Made by a program: the position numbers and the translations under genes
Shown here: piece by piece, positions 40,627 through 50,528 of the stretch
Position numbering within the stretch: position 1 is the first letter of the stretch
Layout: each line of letters starts with the position of its first letter
Source: Rhodothermales bacterium
GTDB taxonomy: Bacteria; Bacteroidota; Rhodothermia; Rhodothermales; VXPQ01
Reading direction: 5' to 3'
DNA length: 64,000 nucleotides
NCBI GenBank assembly: GCA_040904565.1
Contig: JBBDTI010000075.1
Span: forward strand, 1-64,000
The notes under the pieces: generated by a model
Seen by the model: the letters and a program-made list of their open reading frames with translations, nothing else
Database searches by the model: none
What the model was told of the DNA's origin: nothing

Positions 40627-41448
40627 CTATCCGGTAAAGAAATCGGGTAGCAGGGCAATTGGACTGGATTGTACGGGCGGTTCGTCGCCTGCGTCCATCC
40701 AAAGCGTCGTGCCGGGAGCGAGTTCCGCCAGAAGCTGCCGGCATGCCCCGCACGGCGTACAGCCCGACCGTTTGCGGCACGAGAGGTAGACGATGGAAGG
40801 GTGGCGAAACCCGTAGCTTACGGCCGTCCCAATGGCACTGCGTTCCGCACAGAGCACGTGCATCCAGTCCGCGTGCTCCACGTTGACCCCGGGGATATAG
40901 CCTTCTCCCGGGACTTCGAGTAGGCATCCAACCTTAAAATCGGAAAAAGGAGCGAACGCGTGGCGTGCGATCCGGCGGGCGGCCAACACCCCCTCCCGAT
41001 GGGAGAGGGAACCTGAAGGAATGCGAGCGTCGGAAGCAGAGCTTTTGCGGTCCGGTTCGTGACTATCGAATTCGGTCTCGTGCCGGGAAAGAAAGGGAGA
41101 GAGGGGAGATTCGGGCGCCGGAGCACCGGGCAGCGATCCGAGCAGGCGGGGACCTGTACGCTCGAGGTCGCGGAGCAGGGGCGTGCCTCGCGCGTACTGG
41201 ATTTCTTGAGGGTGGAACGGTCGTGACGAGACGACGGCCCGAATCGAATCGACCTGCCGGGCGACAGCCGTCGTGACGGCGTTCAGCAGCGCCGGGATCG
41301 TCAGGGAATAGGAGGCGCTTTCGACGCGGACTCCGGGAATCCATCGGCCGTCTTCCAGGACGAGGGTCACGGCGTCGTGCTGCCCGGAAAACGGGACGTG
41401 CGCTGAGCGGGCCGACGTCGTCAGGCGTGCTTCGTACGAATCGGTCAC
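40627..41448 (-). CDS. cdd: Cytidine deaminase with two tandem CDA domains; only the C-terminal one has the zinc motifs
   Basis: C-terminal AFAPFSDFKVG..GVNVE..CAERSAI..PCGACRQ. N-terminal degenerate copy AHVPFS..GVRVESASYSLT. Confidence 0.85.
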   Translation of the reverse strand: MTDSYEARLTTSARSAHVPFSGQHDAVTLVLEDGRWIPGVRVESASYSLTIPALLNAVTTAVARQVDSIRAVVSSRPFHPQEIQYARGTPLLRDLERTGPRLLGSLPGAPAPESPLSPFLSRHETEFDSHEPDRKSSASDARIPSGSLSHREGVLAARRIARHAFAPFSDFKVGCLLEVPGEGYIPGVNVEHADWMHVLCAERSAIGTAVSYGFRHPSIVYLSCRKRSGCTPCGACRQLLAELAPGTTLWMDAGDEPPVQSSPIALLPDFFTG

Positions 41449-41503
41449 GGACGTGGGATACCTTTCGTTTGCCGTAGGATTACGGTGAATTTACGGGAAC
41501 GGT

Positions 41504-41533
41504 TTGCACCCGGCCGATATTCTGGGCTAGCTT
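41504..41533 (+). promoter_or_regulatory. Possible sigma70 promoter for tRNA-Leu
   Basis: TTGCAC-N18-TAGCTT, about 22 bp upstream of the tRNA. Confidence 0.35.
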
Positions 41534-41555
41534 GACGGCGGATGCACGAGTACTG

Positions 41556-41644
41556 GCCGGGATGGCGGAATTGGTAGACGCAACGGACTTAAAATCCGTT
41601 GGGCGTATGCGCCCGTGCGGGTTCGAGTCCCGCTCCCGGTACCA
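41556..41644 (+). tRNA. tRNA-Leu (anticodon TAA), CCA encoded
   Basis: Acceptor stem GCCGGGA/TCCCGGT, D-loop GGAATTGGTAGAC, anticodon arm ACGGA-CTTAAAA-TCCGT, long variable arm, T-loop GGTTCGAGTCC, 3' ACCA. Confidence 0.97.
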
Positions 41645-41856
41645 TCGCCTTTACTCCCGGCACGATCGGGTTCGATCGGACCGATGAAGGCTTCCGTCAT
41701 CGGAGTGGCGCGCATCAGAACCGCGGTATGCCGGCCCTGTGCTGAAAAGTTGCGCCGAGGACATACTAACGCTCTTTCCAGGGCCGCCAGGACCACCCCA
41801 TTAGATTCTCTAGTATTAAAAAACCACCCAGCGTAAAGAGCACGGCGAACCCGTAG

Positions 41857-42072
41857 ATGAAGCTCGATAGGAGGACCGAAGCGGTTTTTCGTGCGTTTTT
41901 CGGTCCGGACGTCTGGGAAGCGGATGTCTCGGATCTGGATCTGTCGGACATGGACTCGTGCCTGGTTTCTTCCTGGGCCGGCGACGTGCGGTACGACGTC
42001 GAAAGTCCGCCCCACCGGCTTCAATATCTCACAATACGTTTGGAAGTACAATGGAGCGCGGATTGGGGCTAA
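41857..42072 (+). CDS. Hypothetical small acidic protein (71 aa)
   Basis: ATG-started ORF in an otherwise empty 540-bp gap, preceded by an AT-rich promoter-like tract. No recognisable motif. Confidence 0.45.
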   Translation: MKLDRRTEAVFRAFFGPDVWEADVSDLDLSDMDSCLVSSWAGDVRYDVESPPHRLQYLTIRLEVQWSADWG

Positions 42073-42188
42073 TCGATGGGATCGTGTTAAGGCCGGGAGA
42101 TTAGAAGCGCTTTCAACGGGCCGTAGTTTGCTGGATGAGCGGTCATACACGATCTTAGCGCGCATATTTTTTGGAGATCAACGGAATC

Positions 42189-43289
42189 ATGGCGCAACGA
42201 ATCGTCGTCAAGATTGGAACGAGTGTACTGACCGGGGGCACCAAGCGTCTCGATCGAGGTCAGATGGTCGAGATCGTTCGTCAGTGTGCCGCGCTGCACG
42301 AAGAGGGGATCGATCTGGTTATTTGCAGTTCGGGTGCGATAGCGGCCGGACGGGAGCGTCTCGGTCTGGCCGAAATGCCGACATCGCTGTCCGAAAAGCA
42401 GATGCTTGCAGCGGTCGGACAGAGTCGTCTCATGGAGACGTGGGAGCAGCTCTTCGGACTCTACGACATCCACGTCGGACAGATGCTGATCACGCGGGCC
42501 GACGTGGAGAATCGTCACCGGTTCCTCAATGCACGGGATACGCTCCAGGCACTGCTAGAGCACCGCATCATTCCCGTGATCAACGAGAACGATGCCGTTG
42601 CCACGTCGGAAATCCGCGTCGGAGATAACGACAACCTCTCCGCACTGTGCGTTCTGCTGGCGGAAGCGGATCTGCTTGTCATGTTGACGGATCAGCCGGG
42701 GCTCTTTACGAAGGATCCCCGCACGAATCCGGACGCGGAGTTGATTTCCGAAGTACGCCACATCGACGACGCGCTGCACGAGGCCGCGGGAGGCAGCCGA
42801 TCGGGGCTGGGCGTCGGGGGAATGCGTACGAAACTGGAGGCGGCGGATGTTGCGCGACGGGCCGGGGCGGACGTGGTTATTGCGGCAGGAAGTGCACCAA
42901 ACATATTGCGAAGGATCGTGGCAAGGGAGCGGGTGGGTACCCGGTTTCCCGCCATCGATACGCCGCTCGAAAATCGCAAGCGATGGATCTTCGGCGGAAA
43001 CGTTGCGTCGGGAGTCATTACAGTTGATGCCGGCGCCGCGGAAGCGCTGGCGGTCAAGGGTGGGAGTCTGCTCCCGGCGGGCATCACCGGCGTCCGTGGA
43101 TCGTTCGAGCGGGGAGATGTCGTCCGAATCGTGGGAGCGGGTGGAAAGGATCTCGGTCGAGGGATTGCTCGGTACGATAGCTCGGATGCCGATCGCATCA
43201 GGGGGGTGCAGTCGGAGGCGATCCATGACATACTGGGGTACGCATACGGGCCCGTGGTCGTCCATCGAGACGATCTCATTCTCATTTAG
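42189..43289 (+). CDS. proB: Glutamate 5-kinase with PUA domain
   Basis: [38 protein letters not shown]-terminal PUA domain (SLLPAGI..HRDDL). Confidence 0.97.
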   Translation: MAQRIVVKIGTSVLTGGTKRLDRGQMVEIVRQCAALHEEGIDLVICSSGAIAAGRERLGLAEMPTSLSEKQMLAAVGQSRLMETWEQLFGLYDIHVGQMLITRADVENRHRFLNARDTLQALLEHRIIPVINENDAVATSEIRVGDNDNLSALCVLLAEADLLVMLTDQPGLFTKDPRTNPDAELISEVRHIDDALHEAAGGSRSGLGVGGMRTKLEAADVARRAGADVVIAAGSAPNILRRIVARERVGTRFPAIDTPLENRKRWIFGGNVASGVITVDAGAAEALAVKGGSLLPAGITGVRGSFERGDVVRIVGAGGKDLGRGIARYDSSDADRIRGVQSEAIHDILGYAYGPVVVHRDDLILI

Positions 43290-43315
43290 TCACGAAATCT
43301 CGATTGTCGGATGAC

Positions 43316-44653
43316 ATGCCAGTAGACGAAACGACAACACAGGATACCACGCTGGAAGGGGATACGTCTCAGGGGGTAACCCCTGTGGAAACGGTATCGC
43401 TGGTGGAGATGGGGCGCCGCGCGCTCGCGGCGAGCCGGACGCTCGCTCGCCTGAGTACGGTGGAGAAGAACGAGGCGCTGGCCGTGATAGCGGACGAGCT
43501 TGAAGCATCTGCCTCCGATATTCTACGCGAGAATTCGCTGGACGTGGACGAGGGCAGGGAAAACGGTCTCAGCGAAGCGCTGCTCGATCGCTTGCTGCTT
43601 ACGGAGGAGCGAATTCAGAGCCTTGCCGCCGACGTTCGGTCGGTCATCGACCTCTCCGATCCGGTCGGGTCCGAGTTCGGAGGGCGGAAGCTGCCGAACG
43701 GCATGCAGCTGGTCAAGCGCCGGATACCTCTCGGAGTCATCGGCGTGATCTATGAGGCGCGGCCCAACGTCACCATCGACATTGCCTCGCTCTGTCTCAA
43801 GACGGGCAACGCCGTCATCCTGCGCGGCGGAAGCGAAACGTTTCGTAGCAATATCGAGCTAATCGGGGTCATTCGACGCGCGCTTCGAAGGTGCGGCATA
43901 CCGGAGGACGCCGTTCAGTATATCGAGAATCCGGATCGTGCCCTTGTCGAAGAACTGCTGCGTCTCGACGAATACGTCGACATGATCGTCCCGCGGGGAG
44001 GTGCGGGTCTGCATCGACTGTGCCGGGAGCGAAGCACCATACCGGTCATTACGGGCGGGATCGGCATCTGTCACGTGTTCGTGGATGCGTCCGCCGATCA
44101 ATCCAGAGCCGTCGACATTGTCGAAAACGCCAAGGTTCAGCGCCCGAGCGTGTGCAACGCGCTGGATACGCTGCTGGTGCACGCGGACGTAGCCGCACGC
44201 TTCTTGCCTGACGTGGCTCGTCGACTGCTTGAGAGCGGCGTGGAGTTCAGAGCGGATGACCGCGCGATGGCGATCCTGAAAGGCGTCGGCGGCCTTTCGC
44301 TTGAGCCGGCGGGTGACGACGACTTCGATCGGGAATGGCTCGGGCTTACGCTGGGTGTCCGCGTCGTCGACGACGTCGATGCGGCGATCGAGCATATTCA
44401 ATCCCACTCTACGGACCATTCCGACAGCATACTGACGAACGACTGGGACCATGCCAACGAGTTCGTCGACCGGGTGAATTCGGCGGCGGTGTACGTTAAT
44501 GCGAGTACGAGATTTACGGATGGCGGTCAGTTCGGTCTTGGTGCAGAGGTCGCCGTCAGTACGCAGAAGCTTCATGCCCGCGGGCCCATGGGACTGGAAG
44601 AGCTGACGACGTATAAATGGATCGGATATGGGAACGGACACGTGCGCGAGTGA
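43316..44653 (+). CDS. proA: Gamma-glutamyl phosphate reductase
   Basis: [54 protein letters not shown]. Confidence 0.97.
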   Translation: MPVDETTTQDTTLEGDTSQGVTPVETVSLVEMGRRALAASRTLARLSTVEKNEALAVIADELEASASDILRENSLDVDEGRENGLSEALLDRLLLTEERIQSLAADVRSVIDLSDPVGSEFGGRKLPNGMQLVKRRIPLGVIGVIYEARPNVTIDIASLCLKTGNAVILRGGSETFRSNIELIGVIRRALRRCGIPEDAVQYIENPDRALVEELLRLDEYVDMIVPRGGAGLHRLCRERSTIPVITGGIGICHVFVDASADQSRAVDIVENAKVQRPSVCNALDTLLVHADVAARFLPDVARRLLESGVEFRADDRAMAILKGVGGLSLEPAGDDDFDREWLGLTLGVRVVDDVDAAIEHIQSHSTDHSDSILTNDWDHANEFVDRVNSAAVYVNASTRFTDGGQFGLGAEVAVSTQKLHARGPMGLEELTTYKWIGYGNGHVRE

Positions 44654-45570
44654 ACGATGATGATCTTCCTCCCTCTAACGATGTAATGGGCGTGCCGGAC
44701 CTGTCTTTCGACCTAACTCTCAATCCACCTGCGCGGAGCGTACGCCTCGTCGAAGAGATGTGGCGAGAGGAGTCGCACCCTGAAATCCATGAGATTGTAT
44801 CCCTGCTCGAGCACGATCCTGTGACGACGTTACACCTGCTGCGGCAGGTCAACTCGCCGATCTATGCACTGAAGCAGAGCGTAGCCTCCATCGATCGAGC
44901 TGCAACCATGCTTGGATTCGACGCCGTGGCGAATACGATCTTCGTCGAGTCGCGCATTCCTAAGCCGGACGATCTGGCCACGGCGCGCGCGCAGCTTGCG
45001 TATGCGTATCTGATCGGTTCGAGTGTTACGGCATCGTATATCGCGAGGGATCTCGCTCATGAGTTGGACATGGAACGGCCGGGAGTCATTCGAACCGCGG
45101 CACTGATTCACCAGGTGGGTCGCATGGCCTTGCTGTCGTCGGACCCGCAGACGTATCTACCGCTCTGGACCGAGTCGACGACGCCGTCGGGAAGGGCGAT
45201 AGCCGTTCCGCCCGGGATTGGCCGGGAAATCGTTCATTTTCGGACCGATTATACGCGTTATGGTGAGGACTTGGCGAAGAACTGGCACCTTCCCCCGGAT
45301 CTTTCCGAGTCCATTCGCTACCATGCGGATCCGGAACGAACGGAGGACGCCGACCGCCACGTGGTCCTGGTCGTAGCGGTGTCGCAATATGCGGCACGCA
45401 CGATGTTCGAGCCGGAGGAGCACCTCGATCGGGATCAATCGCGCGAACGTCTCCGAAAGGTAGCCAACGAGCTCGCGGAGGCCTATGAAGTGAGCAACAA
45501 GGCTATAGAAAACGTTCTGGAACAGTCCAAGAAGGAAGCCTATCAGGAAGCGATCGCCATGAAACTCTGA
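44650..45570 (+). CDS. HDOD-domain protein
   Basis: GTGA overlap with the proA stop. [50 protein letters not shown]. Confidence 0.85.
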   Translation: MNDDDLPPSNDVMGVPDLSFDLTLNPPARSVRLVEEMWREESHPEIHEIVSLLEHDPVTTLHLLRQVNSPIYALKQSVASIDRAATMLGFDAVANTIFVESRIPKPDDLATARAQLAYAYLIGSSVTASYIARDLAHELDMERPGVIRTAALIHQVGRMALLSSDPQTYLPLWTESTTPSGRAIAVPPGIGREIVHFRTDYTRYGEDLAKNWHLPPDLSESIRYHADPERTEDADRHVVLVVAVSQYAARTMFEPEEHLDRDQSRERLRKVANELAEAYEVSNKAIENVLEQSKKEAYQEAIAMKL

Positions 45571-45680
45571 TCCATCCTACGAAGCACGAGAGAGCCTGGT
45601 TCGGGAACCGGGTTCGTTGTACTTTGCAGGAGAGTGAGCCGGCCGATCTTCGTTTATGCAATAGCGCAATTCAGCTAACC

Positions 45681-46520
45681 ATGCGTGTAGATAAGATGGT
45701 AGATATGGTAGAAAATAACACGAGCGTCCATTTCCCTCGGTTGATCGTTGCCGCGGTTTTGACGGTTGCTCTGTCCGTCGCTACCATCGGTTGCGAGTCC
45801 GACACCTCGGCGACGCAGGACGCGCCCAATGAGTCGAACGTGCTGAGCCAGGAAGAGCGTGATGCAGGGTGGGAGCTCCTCTTCGACGGTGAATCGTTTT
45901 CCGGGTGGCGAGGACTGGGGCGCGACGAGATCCCCGAGGGCCACTGGCAGATCGAGAACGGAACGATCCGGAAGGTTGCCGGCGGAGATGTGCCGACGGC
46001 GGCCGACGGTCAACCCCTCGAAGGAGGTGACATATTGACCGAGGCGACGTTTGAAGACTTCGAGCTCGCCCTGGAGTGGCGCGTGAGTGAGGTGGCTAAC
46101 AGTGGCGTCAAATATAACGTCTCCGAGGCCATGTCGACGTCATCCGAGCCGCAGCATGCGGCACTCGGCTTTGAATATCAGATTCTGGACGACGATCGGC
46201 ATCCGGATGCGCTGAACGGTCCAACCCGGACGGCCGGGGCGCTTTACGACATGATCCCGCCAAACGAAAATAAGGCACTGCAGCCCGTAGGCGAGTGGAA
46301 CGAGGCGCGAATCGTGTTCGACGGATCCCGCGGCGAGCACTGGCTCAACGGAGAGCTCGTGCTCGAATACGATCTCGACTCGGAGCGATTCGCCAGCCTC
46401 CTTCAGGCAAGCAAGTACGCCGATATCGAAGGGTTTGCCGATCGGCGTACCGGTCACATCGTACTGCAGGATCACGGGGACGACGTCTGGTTTCGGGATA
46501 TCAAAATCCGGCGGTTGTGA
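45681..46520 (+). CDS. DUF1080 / 3-keto-disaccharide hydrolase family lipoprotein
   Basis: Lipobox TIGC; GWELLFDG, DFELALEW, NSGV, EYQILDD, GHIVLQDHG..VWFRDIKIR. Start may be 45681, 45696 or 45705. Confidence 0.88.
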   Translation: MRVDKMVDMVENNTSVHFPRLIVAAVLTVALSVATIGCESDTSATQDAPNESNVLSQEERDAGWELLFDGESFSGWRGLGRDEIPEGHWQIENGTIRKVAGGDVPTAADGQPLEGGDILTEATFEDFELALEWRVSEVANSGVKYNVSEAMSTSSEPQHAALGFEYQILDDDRHPDALNGPTRTAGALYDMIPPNENKALQPVGEWNEARIVFDGSRGEHWLNGELVLEYDLDSERFASLLQASKYADIEGFADRRTGHIVLQDHGDDVWFRDIKIRRL

Positions 46521-46530
46521 GCTGTACGCC

Positions 46531-46866
46531 ATGCCGGACTCAACCCATACAGGAGCTGCCGGGCATCTAACGAGCGAGCAGCTCCTATTCCTGAGCGCGT
46601 GGAGGCCTGTCGAGACGGATACGAGCCCTAGCGAAGGGGATCGGTGGACGTGCTTGAACTGCAGCGGCGACGTCGCCTATTTCCGTACGCTGGCACGGTT
46701 GGAAGGGGAGAAGGGGCAATACATGGTCCAGTGTCCTCTATGTGACCATCTTCAGGTCGTTCGACTGACGCCGGAGGAAGAACGTACCATATCCGTCGAA
46801 TATGGCGGTCCGCACATCGATCGCTTTCTGACATTTCTGGATCGAAGAAATGCGGGCCACGATTGA
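46531..46866 (+). CDS. Small hypothetical zinc-ribbon protein
   Basis: CLNC...CPLC pair; ATG 10 bp after the DUF1080 stop. Confidence 0.65.
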   Translation: MPDSTHTGAAGHLTSEQLLFLSAWRPVETDTSPSEGDRWTCLNCSGDVAYFRTLARLEGEKGQYMVQCPLCDHLQVVRLTPEEERTISVEYGGPHIDRFLTFLDRRNAGHD

Positions 46867-47014
46867 GTCGGTCGTGTGGAACGAGTCGGCTGGACCAATT
46901 GGGTCGTGCGGAACGTGCCGGGCGGCGGCTGGACGAAAGCGGCTGATTTAAGATGGCAGGGGGAGAAACCGATACTTTCGGCAAGACGCGCGTACCCCAA
47001 CCCCGGCTTCTTAG

Positions 47015-47404
47015 ATGATGAAGGTCCTGATCGCTGAAGACAACGTTATCATGGCCTCCGCACTGAAGCGAATGCTTCAGCATATGGGATTCCATTACGT
47101 GCGTGAAGCAAATGACGGGGCGGAGGCTCTCAGCCTCCTCGCGCAGGAAAGCTACGATCTCGTCGTGGTGGACTGGATGCTGCCTTCGCTAAGCGGCGTC
47201 GCCATCGTTAAATGGATGCGCTCCAAGCGGCCGTACGCCACCTGCCCGGTGATTATGGTCACCATCAAGGATCAGCCCGAGGACGTGCTCCTCGCCGTGG
47301 AGTCCGGCGTCGACGAATACATGATCAAGCCCCTCGATAAGCACATCCTTCACGGAAAGGTCCAGAAGGTCATGAAGCAGCGTGCCGGCTTCGGTGCGGT
47401 TTGA
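47015..47404 (+). CDS. Single-domain CheY-like response regulator
   Basis: VLIAEDN, VVVDWMLP, IMVT, IKP. Confidence 0.9.
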   Translation: MMKVLIAEDNVIMASALKRMLQHMGFHYVREANDGAEALSLLAQESYDLVVVDWMLPSLSGVAIVKWMRSKRPYATCPVIMVTIKDQPEDVLLAVESGVDEYMIKPLDKHILHGKVQKVMKQRAGFGAV

Positions 47405-47413
47405 CGTAACGTC

Positions 47414-47842
47414 TCAGCCGGCTTGCAGCGTGGCATCTACGCTGATTTCCGCGCTTTTCTTGAAGAGCTGCGATACGGGACACGCATTCTTTGCGGCCTC
47501 TGCCGTTTTCTGAAAGGTATCCTCGTCGATTCCCGGTACGTCGGCGACGGTGACCAGACGAATTTCATTGATGGATGGGCCGTCGTCCGTCATGTTCAGA
47601 TGGACGTGAGCCGTCGTATTCACGCTGTTGGGCGTATGTCCTGCTTTGGCCAATTCATTAGAAAACGCCATGGAGAAACATCCGGCATGTGCGGCCGCGA
47701 GCAACTCTTCAGGATTCGTCCCATCTCCTTCTTCGAATCGGGACACGAAGGAATAAGGCCCTTCCCAGCCGGCCATCTTCATGGTTCCCTTCCCACTTTT
47801 CAGGTCTCCTTTCCAACGTGCTTCCGCTTTACGAACAGGCAT
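47414..47842 (-). CDS. osmC: OsmC family peroxiredoxin
   Basis: MPVRKAEARWKGDLKSGKG, GTNPEELLAAAHAGCFSMA, CPVS. Confidence 0.93.
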   Translation of the reverse strand: MPVRKAEARWKGDLKSGKGTMKMAGWEGPYSFVSRFEEGDGTNPEELLAAAHAGCFSMAFSNELAKAGHTPNSVNTTAHVHLNMTDDGPSINEIRLVTVADVPGIDEDTFQKTAEAAKNACPVSQLFKKSAEISVDATLQAG

Positions 47843-48134
47843 AATGGTATCGATCTCTTCTGGTTGGTGGAACTGGCTTAGGCGTGCACGGTGAGGCGAC
47901 AATGGATTCGGTCTCACCTGCTCCGTCCATTTTAGGGCATCTGTGGAAAACAAATGTTGTCGTCACGTGATTTCTACACTCTTCCTGCCCGATGATTGCC
48001 GTCGAATGAGTCGGTGCGTCGTATTCGACGGAACTCCATCGGAGATTCATGCGAGGCATCGCCTAATGGAACGATTAGGTGGTCTCACGTCGTATAAGGA
48101 TAACTGATAATGCAACCAGAACGGACGCGAATAC

Positions 48135-48548
48135 GTGGCTACGAAGAGTTCACTTTCGATACCCGTCGAAGAAATGTCGCTCGATGCCCTTTCCGAGCGC
48201 GTTCAGATCTCTAAACAGACGCTCGTACGCTGGGTTGATCGACATCTGATCGACGCCAAGCTTGGATGGGCTCTTTCATCGGACAATAATGAGATTCGCG
48301 TGATCGAGCTGTCGGAAGACACGCTCGACTTTCTTGCGTCGTTTGCTGAGGACTATCGAGAAGATACGGTCACGCGGACGGAGGCGAGGCGTATTCTCAA
48401 GAAGATCGATCGCAAGAAGATTAAGAAGATGATTCGCGCGGACGACATCCTCGCCGTGGAGGTAGATGACGAGGTGAAGATCGTCGTCGGCAGTATTGAA
48501 GACTATCTCATCGATCAGGAAAGGGACGAGGAAGAGGAAGAAGAATAG
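48135..48548 (+). CDS. Hypothetical protein with two MerR/excisionase-like HTH modules
   Basis: MSLDALSERVQISKQTLVRWVDRHLI and VTRTEARRIL..IKKMIRADDILAVEV...IEDYL; acidic tail. Confidence 0.65.
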   Translation: MATKSSLSIPVEEMSLDALSERVQISKQTLVRWVDRHLIDAKLGWALSSDNNEIRVIELSEDTLDFLASFAEDYREDTVTRTEARRILKKIDRKKIKKMIRADDILAVEVDDEVKIVVGSIEDYLIDQERDEEEEEE

Positions 48549-48697
48549 GCGTTCTTCGGCAACCACATCAAAGCGGGGAAGCCGGGTCTGCGTTTATTTT
48601 ATATCGCCTCGTCGCCCGTTCCGGCCGCATCTCTCGGGCACGGCATCCGTTCATGCATCCCCTGGGCACCCTTCACATCATGTTACGTGAGTAAGCT

Positions 48698-50494
48698 ATG
48701 TCGAACGAGCACTCCGGTGCGCAAGCCGTCCGTTGGAATCTAACCGATCTGTATGCCTCGAATGAGGCGCTCGAGGCGGATCTCGCGACGGCGCACGAAG
48801 CGGCCGGTGAGTTCGCAGCGAGATATCGAGGAAATGTAGGTGCCCTTCCGCCCGACGAGCTGGCTGATGCGTTACGCCGTTTCGAGGAGATTCAGGATCG
48901 GCTCGGGCGGGCGTATACCTACGCATACCTCTACTGGTCGACGGATACGAACGACGAAGCGCGCGGGGCCCTTCTTCAGCATGTACGGGAGTCGTATACC
49001 AGGACGAGCCAGCAGCTCATCTTCTTTGAAGTCGAATGGGCAAAGCTCGACGACGATCGAGCATCGGATCTGCTCGCTGCCGACGCGCTGTCGCACTACC
49101 GCCACTACCTTGAGCTCGAGCGGGTGCGAAAGGACCATCTATTGTCGGAACCGGAAGAACGCGTGCTCTCCGAAAAGTCCGTTACGGGGCGCAGCGCCTG
49201 GAATAGATTCTTCGACGAGACGCTGGGAGCAGCCCGGTTTTATGTGGATGGGGAGGAGCTGACGGAGCAGGAGACGCTTTCAAGACTTCACGATCCGGGT
49301 CGCGAGACGAGGCGCAAAGCCGCGCTGGCGCTGACGGACGGGCTGCAGTCGCACAGCCGGCCCCTCACATATATTTTTAACACGATCCTGGCCGACAAAG
49401 CCTCCGACGATCGACTGCGCGGATATCCCTCGTGGTTGTCGTCGCGAAACATGTCAAATGAGGTAGTGGATGAGACGGTCGAAGCGCTCGTGGACGCCGT
49501 TACCTCCCGCTACGACATCGTGGCTCGCTACTACCGGCTGAAGCGGAACCTGCTTGGGTACGACGAGCTATTCGACTACGACCGTTACGCTCCACTGGGT
49601 GACGCGGACACGCGGTATACGTGGGATGAGGCACGTGAGATCGTCACGGACGCTTATGCATCGTTCCATCCCCGGATGGCAGAGATCACGAGACTCTTTT
49701 TCGAGGAGCGCTGGATCGATGCGCCGGTACAGCCGGGAAAGCGGGGAGGGGCGTTCAGTCACGGTGCCGTGCCGAGTGCCCATCCGTACATCCTGCTCAA
49801 TTATACGGGCAAACCGCGCGACGTCCAGACGCTGGCGCACGAGCTCGGCCATGGCGTCCACCAATATCTGTCGCGAAAGCAGGGTGTGCTGCAAGCCGAC
49901 ACGCCGCTCACAACGGCCGAGATGGCGTCCGTGTTCGGCGAGATGATCGTCTTCCAGCGATTGATTCGTCGTGAAGAGAGTGCGACCAATCGGCTCGCCA
50001 TGCTGATCGGCAAAATCGACGATACGATCGCGACCGTATTCCGGCAGATCGCCATGAATCGGTTCGAGGATCGGATACATACGACGCGGCGCCAAGCGGG
50101 CGAGCTGACGGCGAAACAGTATGCCGAGCACTGGATGCACACGCAGCGTGACATGTTCGGAGGGAGTGTCACGCTCGGGGAGCATTACAGGCATTGGTGG
50201 AGCTACATCCCGCACTTCCTCCACAGTCCGGGTTACGTATACGCCTACGCTTTTGGGGAACTGCTCGTGCTGGCGATGTACACGCGATATAAGGATAATC
50301 CGTCTTCGTTTCCCGCGGCCTATCTCGATCTGCTGGAGGCGGGAGGATCGGACTGGCCTCACGTGCTCGTCGGTAAGGTCGGCGTGGATATGCAGGACCC
50401 GGACTTCTGGGCCAGGGGACTCGTGGCGATAGAAGACCTCGTCGACGAGGCGGAAACACTGGCGGAGCAGGTCCAGGATGCCCGTCGCGAATAG
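48698..50494 (+). CDS. pepF: M3B oligoendopeptidase F family
   Basis: WNLTDLY, GKRGGAF, TLAHELGHGVH (HExxH), AEMASVFGE, WSYIPHF..YVYAYA. Confidence 0.92.
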   Translation: MSNEHSGAQAVRWNLTDLYASNEALEADLATAHEAAGEFAARYRGNVGALPPDELADALRRFEEIQDRLGRAYTYAYLYWSTDTNDEARGALLQHVRESYTRTSQQLIFFEVEWAKLDDDRASDLLAADALSHYRHYLELERVRKDHLLSEPEERVLSEKSVTGRSAWNRFFDETLGAARFYVDGEELTEQETLSRLHDPGRETRRKAALALTDGLQSHSRPLTYIFNTILADKASDDRLRGYPSWLSSRNMSNEVVDETVEALVDAVTSRYDIVARYYRLKRNLLGYDELFDYDRYAPLGDADTRYTWDEAREIVTDAYASFHPRMAEITRLFFEERWIDAPVQPGKRGGAFSHGAVPSAHPYILLNYTGKPRDVQTLAHELGHGVHQYLSRKQGVLQADTPLTTAEMASVFGEMIVFQRLIRREESATNRLAMLIGKIDDTIATVFRQIAMNRFEDRIHTTRRQAGELTAKQYAEHWMHTQRDMFGGSVTLGEHYRHWWSYIPHFLHSPGYVYAYAFGELLVLAMYTRYKDNPSSFPAAYLDLLEAGGSDWPHVLVGKVGVDMQDPDFWARGLVAIEDLVDEAETLAEQVQDARRE

Positions 50495-50528
50495 CGGATA
50501 GGCGTTTCCGACTGGCTTGCCGGCACCT

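Noticed and set aside
41645-41680. Integrative-element att site at tRNA-Leu (ctcccggcacga resembles the tRNA 3' end)
   Set aside because: The match is short and degenerate, there is no integrase or distal copy, and the downstream genes (proBA) are housekeeping.
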